The notes under the pieces are model-generated. The model worked only from the letters and a program-made list of their open reading frames with translations, was not told where the DNA came from and did not search any database. A program made the translations under genes and the position numbers. From NCBI GenBank assembly GCA_050633305.1, contig JBOEGF010000014.1:206879-270878 (forward strand): a stretch of DNA of 64,000 nucleotides, given 5' to 3'. This stretch comes from Nannocystales bacterium. Lineage in GTDB: Bacteria > Myxococcota_A > Polyangia > Nannocystales > Nannocystaceae. Shown in pieces: positions 18,968-28,400 of this stretch (positions are counted from its first letter, which is position 1; every line of letters begins with the position of its first letter).

Positions 18968-18997
18968 GCGGGCGGCCCGTCCTCGCCGCGGGTTTTG

Positions 18998-19408
18998 CTA
19001 GCGCCAGGTGTCCATGGCCGCGGCGACGGCTGCCGGGGTCTCGGTCTCGCCTCGGGACCGCGCCCAGCCGCGTAGGTACAACGCCACGGTGAGTGGGTGT
19101 TGAGACGGAGCGACCGACTGCACTTCGATGAAGTGCAGCAGGCTGCGCACGAGGAACGACAGCCCCCCGTTGGCTTGAGAAGCCGCGGCGCTCGACAACA
19201 GCTGCAACGCCGTCTTCACGTTGCCGAGGTTCGACATCCGCGCGTCGACGTCCTCGTGCGAGGCCTCGACGCCAGCGTCCATCGCGGGGACGCAGTCATC
19301 GAACTCGGGGAGGAACGCGAGCTCGGGGACTGCAGTCAGGAGCGTGTCGACCTCCGTAGGGCTCTTCGGCTCGGGTGACCCCGGCTGGAGCTCCGCGCGA
19401 GGGATCAT
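18998..19408 (-). CDS. Hypothetical protein
   Basis: ATGA-coupled to the upstream sulfotransferase-like gene; globular-looking composition. Confidence 0.55.
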   Translation of the reverse strand: MIPRAELQPGSPEPKSPTEVDTLLTAVPELAFLPEFDDCVPAMDAGVEASHEDVDARMSNLGNVKTALQLLSSAAASQANGGLSFLVRSLLHFIEVQSVAPSQHPLTVALYLRGWARSRGETETPAAVAAAMDTWR

Positions 19409-20259
19409 GGGTTGCCTTCGGGTCGAGGGCCGGGCTTGGGAGTCCGGCGACGCGCAGCGCGGGCATCGGAGACGGCCTTCTGCGCCTGTGCGATGCGCGG
19501 TGCGATCTCAACATGCGCCTCGTTGAGCGTGCTGATGAGCGCTGGGTCGAGCCCGCTGCGCTCGTCCACGGTTCGGTAGAGGAGCTCGAACGCGTCGATG
19601 ACCTTGGTGCTCAGTCCCTCGGGGGCAGGCGCGTCTTCGTTGCGCTGCTGGGTTCGGTTCTTGGGTTTGACCGCGGCCACGGCAGCTTCCACGTTCACGT
19701 CCTTGTCGCCGAGCCAGTCGAGAGTGTTCTCGATGACGACTTTGTGGTTGGACAGGAGACCGTCGTAGGACTGCACGTGCACGCGAAAGCGCCGCGTGAC
19801 GATGTCGCGGATGAGGGCGAAGTTCTCGGACCACCACTCGAAGACGGGTGGGATGCGAACGGGCCGCACCGAGTCGGGCTTGTTCTCCACCCGTGCCTCG
19901 TCCTCCATCGCGTACAAGCGCTCGAGAGAGTCGTGATACTCGCGCCAGTGTCGAACGGTGGCGACGACGGAGCCGAGGAACGCCCGGTCCGTTCGTACCA
20001 GCCCCGGGATGAACACCTTGACGACGTGACGCTCGACCTGCTCGGGGAAGAAGTAGGCGCCGGTCCGTGGGTGCGGGTTGGTGCGGTAGTAGATGCCTTG
20101 GCGAAGGATGGACTCGTAGAACCCGTCCGGGTTGGCGTCCTTGATCGTCTCACCCCAGTTGCGGGGGAACGCTTCGCCGAAGGCAGGAAATCCGGCCGAT
20201 GTCAGGATCTGCATCCACATCGATGTGCCGGAACGCTTGGTCCCTGTGACGATCAGCAT
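19405..20259 (-). CDS. Sulfotransferase-like P-loop protein (paralog A)
   Basis: N-terminal VTGTKRSGTSMWMQ resembles the 5'-PSB loop; NPDGFYE. Confidence 0.7.
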   Translation of the reverse strand: MLIVTGTKRSGTSMWMQILTSAGFPAFGEAFPRNWGETIKDANPDGFYESILRQGIYYRTNPHPRTGAYFFPEQVERHVVKVFIPGLVRTDRAFLGSVVATVRHWREYHDSLERLYAMEDEARVENKPDSVRPVRIPPVFEWWSENFALIRDIVTRRFRVHVQSYDGLLSNHKVVIENTLDWLGDKDVNVEAAVAAVKPKNRTQQRNEDAPAPEGLSTKVIDAFELLYRTVDERSGLDPALISTLNEAHVEIAPRIAQAQKAVSDARAARRRTPKPGPRPEGNP

Positions 20260-20313
20260 GAGTGTCGCGCGTAGGTCGGAGGCAAGCCTCGAGACAAACC
20301 TGGAGCCGGAGTC

Positions 20314-21195
20314 CTAGAACGGGCAATCGATCGGGATGAACGGATCCATCGCCTCGAAGTAGCCCGAGCGGGAGACGAAGTTTTGTCCCGGCGCGAGCAC
20401 CCAGTGTTCCGCGAGTGGAGCGAGCGCTTCCCCTTGGGCGTCGACCACCCCGGGGAAGTTGTTGTTGGAGTAGTGCAGGAACATCCCGCCTTCGTCCCAC
20501 GAACTCTGGATGTCCCGCACTGGTTCGCAGACACCGTCGATCGGAGTGCTGAGTCGTGCCAGCCAGCGATGCTGGGTGCCGGGAACCTGGCTCAGCGAGA
20601 CAAAGTCGACCGGAGGACCGGGCTCATTGTAGCAGTTCTCATAGCAGTACTCGTCTTCGCAATACTCGTCGTAGTACTCGCAGTAGCAGTTCTCGTAGCA
20701 GACCTCTCCGCCCGTGAACCCCTGCAGGTATTGGTAGTACGTGCCGCCGTAGTTGTACTTCCCGCCGTAGTAGTTGGCGAATCCGACACTGAGCCGAAAC
20801 GCGTCGATATCGACTTCGCCCGGCGAGCCCATCGCCTCGTTGAACTCGAGCTCGAGCGTCGTCGGGTCGATCAGCCGAACGTCGACGAGCTGCGGGGGTC
20901 CATTGATGTTGCCCTGCGTGGGGTCCGTCGGATCCGTGGGATCGGTTGGATCTGTCGGATCTGTCGGATCGGTTGGGTTCGTGGGATCGGTGGGGTTCGT
21001 GGGGTCGCTCGGGTCCGTCGGGTTGGTATCCGTGCCGCCCGACGGGTTGGTGTCGGTGTCGGTCTCGAAACCGGTTGTGGGCTCTTGGCCGATGAGGGAG
21101 GGGTCGATGAGGAGCCGCTCCACACAACCAGTCATCGTCAGCGATCCCCCCGCGATCGCCGCGTGCACCCACCGTCCAAACCGAAAGCCAAGCAT
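20314..21195 (-). CDS. Lipoprotein with a PTD/PTN tripeptide-repeat stalk and a Tyr/Cys-rich insert
   Basis: Lipobox MTGC, (PTD/PTN)n, Ig-like PQLVDVRLID...LELEFNE, CYENCYCEYYDEYCEDEYCYENCY. Confidence 0.7.
   Translation of the reverse strand: MLGFRFGRWVHAAIAGGSLTMTGCVERLLIDPSLIGQEPTTGFETDTDTNPSGGTDTNPTDPSDPTNPTDPTNPTDPTDPTDPTDPTDPTDPTQGNINGPPQLVDVRLIDPTTLELEFNEAMGSPGEVDIDAFRLSVGFANYYGGKYNYGGTYYQYLQGFTGGEVCYENCYCEYYDEYCEDEYCYENCYNEPGPPVDFVSLSQVPGTQHRWLARLSTPIDGVCEPVRDIQSSWDEGGMFLHYSNNNFPGVVDAQGEALAPLAEHWVLAPGQNFVSRSGYFEAMDPFIPIDCPF
20918..21030 (-). repeat. Coding 9-bp-period repeat (Pro-Thr-Asp/Asn)n
   Basis: Degenerate tandem units with synonymous variation, encoding NPTDPSDPTNPTDPTNPTDPTDPTDPTDPTDPT. 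Confidence 0.8.
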
Positions 21196-21321
21196 GGAAC
21201 TAGCGTTCCAGACGGTCGCGACCAGGTCAACCAACCGGTGATTGACGGCCGCGGTACGGACGCAACGCGTGGTCGATGGTCCGAAAATGTCGGTTGCGCC
21301 TCAGACGCCCTGTGCCGCCGT

Positions 21322-22521
21322 TCAGCGCTGGGCGAGTCGGTGTGGGCCGAGGGCGGCGTGTTCGTTGCTTCCCCAGCAGGTGATTTGGCCGCCCGTTCGA
21401 ACCGCGCAGCTGTGCCCTTTGCCCAGCGAAATATCGACGGCATCGCCAACGCCTCGGACGGCTCCGGGCTTGAGTCGTCCGCCCGAGATGGGACCGCCGG
21501 TCTGCCCTTGGTCGTTGCTGCCCCAGCACGCCACCCGGCCGGTTTTGAGGCGGGCGCAGCCGTGGCGGTCTCCGCCGGCGATCTGAGCGACTTGCGCCAA
21601 ACCGTCCATGGGAACCGGTGTGTTGTGTTTTTTACCGGTGCCTTTCAGGCCCAATTGCCCATCACTGTTGGAGCCCCAACACCACACGGTGCCGTTCTTG
21701 CGGACCGCGCAGCTGTGATTGTCGCCGCTGATCAACGCGACACCATCACGAATGCCCTGGACCTCGACGGCCTTGATGCGGCTGCCACTCTTTCCATCGC
21801 CAAGTTGGCCTTCTGTATTGCGACCCCAGCACTTCACCTTGCCGGAGCGCTCCAGGGCACAAACATGGTTGCCCCCCGACGCGATCTGTTTGATTGGGCC
21901 GAGTCTGTCGATGGTCATCGGGGAGGCGAACACCCGCTGAGAGTCATCGCTGATCTGTCCGTTCCCGGCGTTGCCCCAACACTTGACCTTGCCGTCGCTG
22001 GAGAGCGCGCAGCCGTGATACTCGCCCAGCGAGATCTGCTTGATGCCCTTGAGGCCGCGAACGCCCGCCACATCCAGCGACATGGCACCCGGGCTGCCGC
22101 CACGCCCGTCTCCGAGCTGGCCGTCTTCGTTGTTGCCCCAACACATCACGCCGCCGTTGGTTCGGAGTGCGCAGCTGAAGTCTCGCCCGACTTCGACCTG
22201 CTTTGCCCCGGTCAGGCCGCGAACTTTGGATAGCCGTGGCGAGTCGATACGCCCACCGTTGCCCAGCTGCCCGTAGGTGTTCTTGCCCCAACACAACACG
22301 TCCCCAGCCTTTCGGCGGGCGCAGGAGTGTTGGAAGCGAGATGCGACCTGCACGAATGGGTTCGCTGGCGGACGTGCCTGCGCTCTGGGTTGTGTCTTCG
22401 GAGTCGTGGGCTTCTGGGCGGTGGGCTTGGGGCTGGGCTGGGAGGGGGGCTTGCTGGTGCTCCAGGTGCACCCCGTACCGCCCAGAAGTGCACAGCCCAA
22501 CACGATTGCTCCGACGCGCAT
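21322..22521 (-). CDS. RCC1-repeat lipoprotein
   Basis: Start at ATG 22521 (MRVGAIVLGCALLGGTGC lipobox), about seven HSCA...V.CWG.N..GQLG repeats. Confidence 0.9.
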   Translation of the reverse strand: MRVGAIVLGCALLGGTGCTWSTSKPPSQPSPKPTAQKPTTPKTQPRAQARPPANPFVQVASRFQHSCARRKAGDVLCWGKNTYGQLGNGGRIDSPRLSKVRGLTGAKQVEVGRDFSCALRTNGGVMCWGNNEDGQLGDGRGGSPGAMSLDVAGVRGLKGIKQISLGEYHGCALSSDGKVKCWGNAGNGQISDDSQRVFASPMTIDRLGPIKQIASGGNHVCALERSGKVKCWGRNTEGQLGDGKSGSRIKAVEVQGIRDGVALISGDNHSCAVRKNGTVWCWGSNSDGQLGLKGTGKKHNTPVPMDGLAQVAQIAGGDRHGCARLKTGRVACWGSNDQGQTGGPISGGRLKPGAVRGVGDAVDISLGKGHSCAVRTGGQITCWGSNEHAALGPHRLAQR

Positions 22522-22542
22522 GTCAGCGGAGTATAGCGAGCG

Positions 22543-23673
22543 ATGTCGAACGTGCCGCGACCCGATCTGCCCCATGTGATCGTTGTGGGCGGAGGCACGG
22601 CCGGACTGGCCAGCGCGTGGCAGATCGCCGAACGCGGGGCGTCCGTGACGGTGCTCGATCCGAGGGTGCCGCCCCATGACGAGGGGAGCCACGGCGGGTT
22701 CACTCGGGTGACTCGTCACGCGTACCACGAAGGCACGTCCTACGTACCGCTGGTCCGGGAGGCCGATGCGCTTTGGTGCTCGCTCGAAGACGAGGCCGGA
22801 GACCTCTTGGTCCGCACGGGCATGATCGAGTTTGGTCCGCCGGACGAGCCCGAGTTCATCGGGGTTCTCGAGGCATGCAACGCCTTCGAGATCGAGCACC
22901 GCCTTCTCGGGGGAGCAGAGCTTCGCGAGACGTACCCGTTCGTGGTTCCCGATCACTGGCGCGGTTGTTGGACCCCCTGTGCTGGTTACCTCCGGGTCCC
23001 GGGGTGCCTGAGCGCGATGCGGTCGCGCGCGGAGGCTCTGGGGGTCCGCGTTTGCTCCGGCGCGCGGGCCGTGGCGATCGAACCCGGCCGTGTGGTCCTC
23101 GAGGATTCCGTGCTGGCAGCGGACGCCATCGTTCTTGCAGCCGGAGCGCGTACCCCTGCGCTGCTTCCCGACCCTGGGGTGCACTTGTCTCCCTTGCGCC
23201 GGGTGATGTTTTGGCTTCGTCCGACCGTGGTGCCGACGGGCTTGCCTGTATGGGGCGCCCTGACGGCCGGCGGATTCTTCTACGGGTTCCCACCGGGCGA
23301 CGAAGGACTCAGCGGGCTCAAAGTCGCGTGCCATACCAGCGCAGCGATACCGGGCCTCGACGATCCGGTGGACCCCGACGACCTCGAGCGCCGCGTCCGG
23401 CCGGAAGACTGGGCACCGGTGGAGGAATTCCTGCAGGCGTTCATGCCCAGCGTGGGGGTCGACCGTGTCGAGCACCGGGTGTGCATGTATGGGGCGACGG
23501 CCTCCCGGGACTTTCTCGTGGACCGTCATCCGAGCATCCCGGGACTCGTGGTGGCTTCCGGTCTTTCTGGGCACGGCTTCAAGTTCGCCCCCGCGATCGG
23601 CAGGCTCGTTGCGGACTTGGTCCTCTCCGATGCGGAGCCGCAGCCCGAGTTTGCTTGGGCGAAACACGGATAG
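22543..23673 (+). CDS. solA: N-methyl-L-tryptophan / monomeric sarcosine oxidase family FAD oxidoreductase
   Basis: VVGGGTAG, GSHGGFTRVTRHAY, CMY (covalent FAD Cys), SGHGFKFAPAIG. Confidence 0.8.
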   Translation: MSNVPRPDLPHVIVVGGGTAGLASAWQIAERGASVTVLDPRVPPHDEGSHGGFTRVTRHAYHEGTSYVPLVREADALWCSLEDEAGDLLVRTGMIEFGPPDEPEFIGVLEACNAFEIEHRLLGGAELRETYPFVVPDHWRGCWTPCAGYLRVPGCLSAMRSRAEALGVRVCSGARAVAIEPGRVVLEDSVLAADAIVLAAGARTPALLPDPGVHLSPLRRVMFWLRPTVVPTGLPVWGALTAGGFFYGFPPGDEGLSGLKVACHTSAAIPGLDDPVDPDDLERRVRPEDWAPVEEFLQAFMPSVGVDRVEHRVCMYGATASRDFLVDRHPSIPGLVVASGLSGHGFKFAPAIGRLVADLVLSDAEPQPEFAWAKHG

Positions 23674-23688
23674 CGTTACACTCCCGCG

Positions 23689-25416
23689 ATGGATGCGGCG
23701 CTGAACAACGAAGCGGTCGAGAACCTCGTATCGCAGTTCAGCTCGTCGCTCGACTTCTACCGGGAGCTGGTTCAGAACAGCATCGACGCCGGGAGTTCCG
23801 CCGTGGAGATCTGGATGGAGTTCGAGCCCGGCGACGGGGTCGAGGGGACCATCTCGATCCATGTCGACGATTTTGGCGAGGGGATGAACGAGGAGATCAT
23901 CGACGGGCAGCTCACCAAGCTGTTCTCGTCCACCAAGGAGAACGACCTCACCAAGATCGGGAAGTTCGGGATCGGTTTCGTTTCCGTCTTTGCGCTGCAG
24001 CCCAAGGGGGTCCTCATTCACACGGGGAGGGACGGGGAGTGCTGGGAGGTCTTCTTCGACGCAGACCGGTCGTTCGTGAAGGGGCGCTTGGACATTCCGG
24101 TCGAGGGAACGCAGATCACCATGTTTGTCGAAGGCGGCCGTGGTCGCTACCGGGAGTTGGTGCGCGGCACCCGGGAGTCGCTGCGCAAGTGGTGCTCCCA
24201 CTCGGACACGGAGATCTCGTTCGAAGACCGCAGCCCCGTCGGTGTCGACGAGGGCGGGTGCGAGCCGATCAACGCGCCCTTTGAGGTCTCCGCGGACATC
24301 ACGGCTCGCGTCAACCGCCCCGGAACCGAGATCTCGGTCGGTTTCTCCCACGCGCCCGTGTACGGCTTCTACAACAAGGGGCTCGCACTCGCGGTGACGA
24401 CCGCGGGGCACGAGATCTTGGAGCAGCGTGCGAGCCGGTTCGGGCACATCGGGTTCAAGATCAAGTCCCGCTACCTGGAACACACGCTGTCTCGCGAGAC
24501 GGTGATGCGAGACGCGAACTTCGACAAGGCGATGGAGATGTTGCTCGACGCGGTGACGGGTCCGCTGCGCGACGCGCTTCTCGATGAGTTGGAGGCGCTG
24601 TGCAAGCTGGAGGACTGGACGCTTGCCGACCGCACCCGCTACCAGACCGCGATGGGCTACCTCGCTTCGGAGCCTCGGGCCAGCCTCGAGGCGCTCGGAC
24701 CACGGGCAGTCCTTCGGACGGTCGACGGCCGTGGACTTCCGCTCAGCGATGCGAAGCGAGCCTTCGACCGAGACGGCCGGGTGTTCGTGGCCGATGCCCC
24801 GTCCTCGCTCACGGCGACGCTGGCTCGGCAGGACGTCCCGGTCTTCCTCGGGGGCGGGACCCGGTTGATGGAGTCGTTGCAAGAACCCGTCTCACGGGTG
24901 TTGTCCGGGTTCCTGTGGTTGCGTTGGAGGTCCGAACCATCCGGGCTTGCACGTCGCGCGGTCGGGCAGGACTTGTTGGCGCACGTCGAGGGGAGTGTGG
25001 TCCACCCCGAGTCCGCGTTCGTCCACGCGCGGCCGCTCTCGAAGGTGACGGCCGACGTGAAGGGAATGGTCGAGGATACGGCGGCCACGTTGCGCGCGGC
25101 GAAGCAGCGCTACGGAGAGATTGTTGCGGGCACGCTGGAGGGGAGCCCCGAGCATCCCTGCCTGTTCGCGATGGGTCCCGAGCTTGGGCCCCTCATGCAG
25201 CGCTCCGTGGCAGGGTTGTACGACCGGGGATGGTTCGAACGACCCAACGTTGTCGTGAACACCGAGCATGGACATTTCCGCGAACTCCTCGAGCTGCGCC
25301 GAGTCGACCGTGCGATGGCGGCGTACTGTCTCGCCAAGTCGATCCTTCTCGACGAGAACCGAAACCTCGAAGACGACGACGCACTGGTCGAAGCGGCGAT
25401 GGCGGTGACGCGATGA
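23689..25416 (+). CDS. HSP90-like GHKL ATPase
   Basis: FYRELVQNSIDA, DDFGEGM, IGKFGIGFVSVF, GTQIT. C-terminal VVNTEH resembles HtpG IN.xH. Confidence 0.85.
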   Translation: MDAALNNEAVENLVSQFSSSLDFYRELVQNSIDAGSSAVEIWMEFEPGDGVEGTISIHVDDFGEGMNEEIIDGQLTKLFSSTKENDLTKIGKFGIGFVSVFALQPKGVLIHTGRDGECWEVFFDADRSFVKGRLDIPVEGTQITMFVEGGRGRYRELVRGTRESLRKWCSHSDTEISFEDRSPVGVDEGGCEPINAPFEVSADITARVNRPGTEISVGFSHAPVYGFYNKGLALAVTTAGHEILEQRASRFGHIGFKIKSRYLEHTLSRETVMRDANFDKAMEMLLDAVTGPLRDALLDELEALCKLEDWTLADRTRYQTAMGYLASEPRASLEALGPRAVLRTVDGRGLPLSDAKRAFDRDGRVFVADAPSSLTATLARQDVPVFLGGGTRLMESLQEPVSRVLSGFLWLRWRSEPSGLARRAVGQDLLAHVEGSVVHPESAFVHARPLSKVTADVKGMVEDTAATLRAAKQRYGEIVAGTLEGSPEHPCLFAMGPELGPLMQRSVAGLYDRGWFERPNVVVNTEHGHFRELLELRRVDRAMAAYCLAKSILLDENRNLEDDDALVEAAMAVTR

Positions 25417-28400
25417 GCTCCATCTCCGCAGTCATCGAGCGCGCCCGAGCCGGGGGCGTCTACACCGAGAAGAAGCGCTTCACCATCGCGAGAGGACGAG
25501 CCATTGAGAAGATGCGCCGGTTCGCGCTCGCGGATCCGTATTTCTACATCCTCGAGCTCATTCAAGCTGCTGTTGCGAACGACGCGGAGTACATCGAGAT
25601 CTCGACCGATGACGGCGAGATGACGCTTGCGTACGTCGGCGGGGGCTTGAAGAAGGACGACCTGGCGAACCTGTTCGACTACCTGTTCGCTTCGAAGGAC
25701 CGCGCCGACATCGGCCATCTGCGGGAACTGGCGCTGGGCATCAACGCGGCGCTGCTGTTCAAACCGGACCGCGTGATCGTGGAATCTGGCGACGGAACGC
25801 TTCAGGGCACCACGCGGATGGAGATGCACGGCGCCCACGACGGGGTCGACATCGGCACCCCCGAGCGCGCTCTCACCGGCACATTCATCCGAATCGAAGG
25901 GATGTCTCGCGGAAAGCTCCCGAAGGTCTTGCAGCGGATTCTCGACCTCGGCGACCGTCCTCGAGAGTTCGATGTGGTCGATGTTCGCTGTCTCGCGGCG
26001 CCGGTCCCCATCATCCTCAACCACGACTCGTTGTTTGGGTTCTCGGCTCAGCGAACCCCGGGGATGCTGGGCTACCGCCGGACGCTGTCGTTCGACGAGG
26101 GGGACCTCTACGGCACGCTTGCGTTGGCGAACGCGGGAACTCGAAGCGAGTTCGATCTGCTGATGTGGGGCGTCCTGATTCAGTCGCGCGAGCATGATTT
26201 GGTGCGCGGCACGTCCCTTGCGGGAATCGTTTGCTTCGACCGGCTGCGGAAGACCGCGGACCACTCAGGAATCGTCGACGACGAGCGAATGGCCGAGATG
26301 TGGGCGCGCTTGCAGCCCTACGCGCACGAGCTGATTCACGGCAACAGCGCTCGCGGCATCACGACGCTGACGCAGCTCGATGGCACGCTTGTCCCCGCAA
26401 CTGAGGTCCGCCCGATGGTTCGAGAGAACCGTCGCGTCATTCTGACGCCCCCACGAACGGTCGACTCGGAGCACGACCGCGGGATTGCGCGTGAGATCAG
26501 TCGTCGGCTCGGCGCACCGGTGTTCTGCGGCCACGAGTCGATGGCCTCATCGCTTCGCGCGATGTCGGCAGGTGCGCTGTCGGTGGTTTCGTTCGATCCC
26601 GCGAACGCGAGCGATGTCGCGGCGCTCCGCCAGAGCGAGTCCGAACCGCCCGCGCGTCCGTGGCTCACCCCCGTGATCGACCTCGAGCCGCTGACGACGG
26701 CCGACGTGTTGGCGCGTATTATCGGAGTCCACCGTGCGTACGATGCGGATGACCCGGCCGTTCAAGCCGAAGCCCGCAACAAGGCGTGGTGGCTCGGGAC
26801 GGGCGGCAACGTCAACGCGGCGGTGTTCACCCCACAAAGCGTTCGCTCGACGGATGCCCTGACCGTGGAAGTGCTGACCACGCAACGTCTGCTGTGGTCG
26901 GGCTCGTTGCCGTCCTCGCATCCTGGGCATGTCCTCCGCATCGAGCTCCCCGACGCCAAGCCATCGGTGTTGGTTTCCAAGCGTCTCAAAGGCACCCAGG
27001 ACGCGCTGTGTCTCGACGTGGCGCGCGTGATGGCCGTTCATGCGGCTCCAGCGCTGCGCCGGGCAGCGGGGCGTGCTGTAGAGAGTCTGTCGGACCGCGA
27101 CGTTCAACCTCGGACGCCCGCAGCGGCGCTGGCTCTGCGTGCGGCGGTGCGGACCTGCGTCCCGAGGTTGGGAACCACAGACGAGGGCAAGCCGAGGGTG
27201 GTGCTCGAGCAGATCGATGCCAACCACCTCGACCTGCGCAACCTCCCGCTGTTCCGGACCTTGGGCGGCGGTGCGCTGTCGCTTCAACAGGTCGCGGCCG
27301 CGATGAGCCGGTGTGAGGGCCTGATCTACGGGGTGCTTGAGGGCGTGCCGGCCTCGCTCGAAGGACTCGACACCTCCGAGGTGCTGTCCTTGGACCTTGA
27401 AGAAGAACGGCGAGTCATCCAGATCTTCGGGGAGAGCTCCTACATTCGCATCGATGAGCGAGAGGTTCTCGCTCAGCACGGGGAGGCCTGTGTTCGGGAC
27501 ATCGCCGTCGGGCTCCGCTCGTACCCCGACCATCCGCTACTGGTCGAGGTGGGTGACCCCGCTGCTCACGAGGCCGAGCTGGTCCGGGGACTGATCGATC
27601 GTTTTGTCGGTCGGAGCCCAACGGCGCCACCAGAAACCTGGCCACGCGAGGCATGGCAAGAGTGCCGGCGCCACGCCGGGCGCATTCTCCAGCACTACGT
27701 GTGTGAGCTCCTGCGACGCGGTCTGGAAACCCCCGTGCCTGAGGTGTTCGAGCTGCCGCTGTTTCTCGATCCGGACGACGGCGCGTTCTGTGTCGCGGGG
27801 GTTGTCGACGCGATGCGTCGCCCCGGTGGCCTGCCGCTGGTCTACGGGCATGCGTTTGGTGGTGCCGAACTCGGCGCGCTCGCCAAGGCGAGTGAATCGG
27901 AGACCGCAGCATCTGGCATGCCCTACACGCTCGCCGCGTCGAGTTCGCTGCATCACGTGCTCGCGCGGCTGGGCCCCGTACGGGTGGCGTTTGACTTCGA
28001 CCTGACCCACGGTGATGCCGAGGCGTCGACGAAACCACAGGCGTGGCTCCGTTCGACTGTCGTCGAGGCCGCGGGGGTCGAGGGGGTCGTCGGCATTCCC
28101 CGCGAACCTGTGGGGCACCCCGACATCGCCGTGTTGCTCCCCGATGGCGGCCGGTCTCGGGCCCTCGCTTCGCTTGCGGTCGAGTACGGGTGTGTGGGTT
28201 GGATCCGACTCGATGCCAACGCGCAATGGGATGAGTCGAATCTTGCGGAGCTGGAGCGTGGGGTTCGCGAAGCATGCGAAGCCTGCTTGCAGTCGATCTT
28301 TGTCGACCTCGCGCGTGGAGAGTCCATCCCCCAGCGAGAGCGGTGCGAGAGCTTGCTGCTCGACCACGCCGCGCGTCATCTGTCCCTCATCACTCAGACG

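Noticed and set aside
22522..24882. Upstream 787 codons of the 1186-aa minus-strand ORF 21322..24882
   Set aside because: Antisense shadow of the solA-like and HSP90-like genes. The real RCC1 lipoprotein starts at ATG 22521 with a signal peptide.
24600..25412. N-terminal extension of the 1471-aa ORF
   Set aside because: Out-of-frame overlap with the upstream GHKL gene, Arg/Gly-rich and unprotein-like. ATG 25413 gives clean ATGA coupling.
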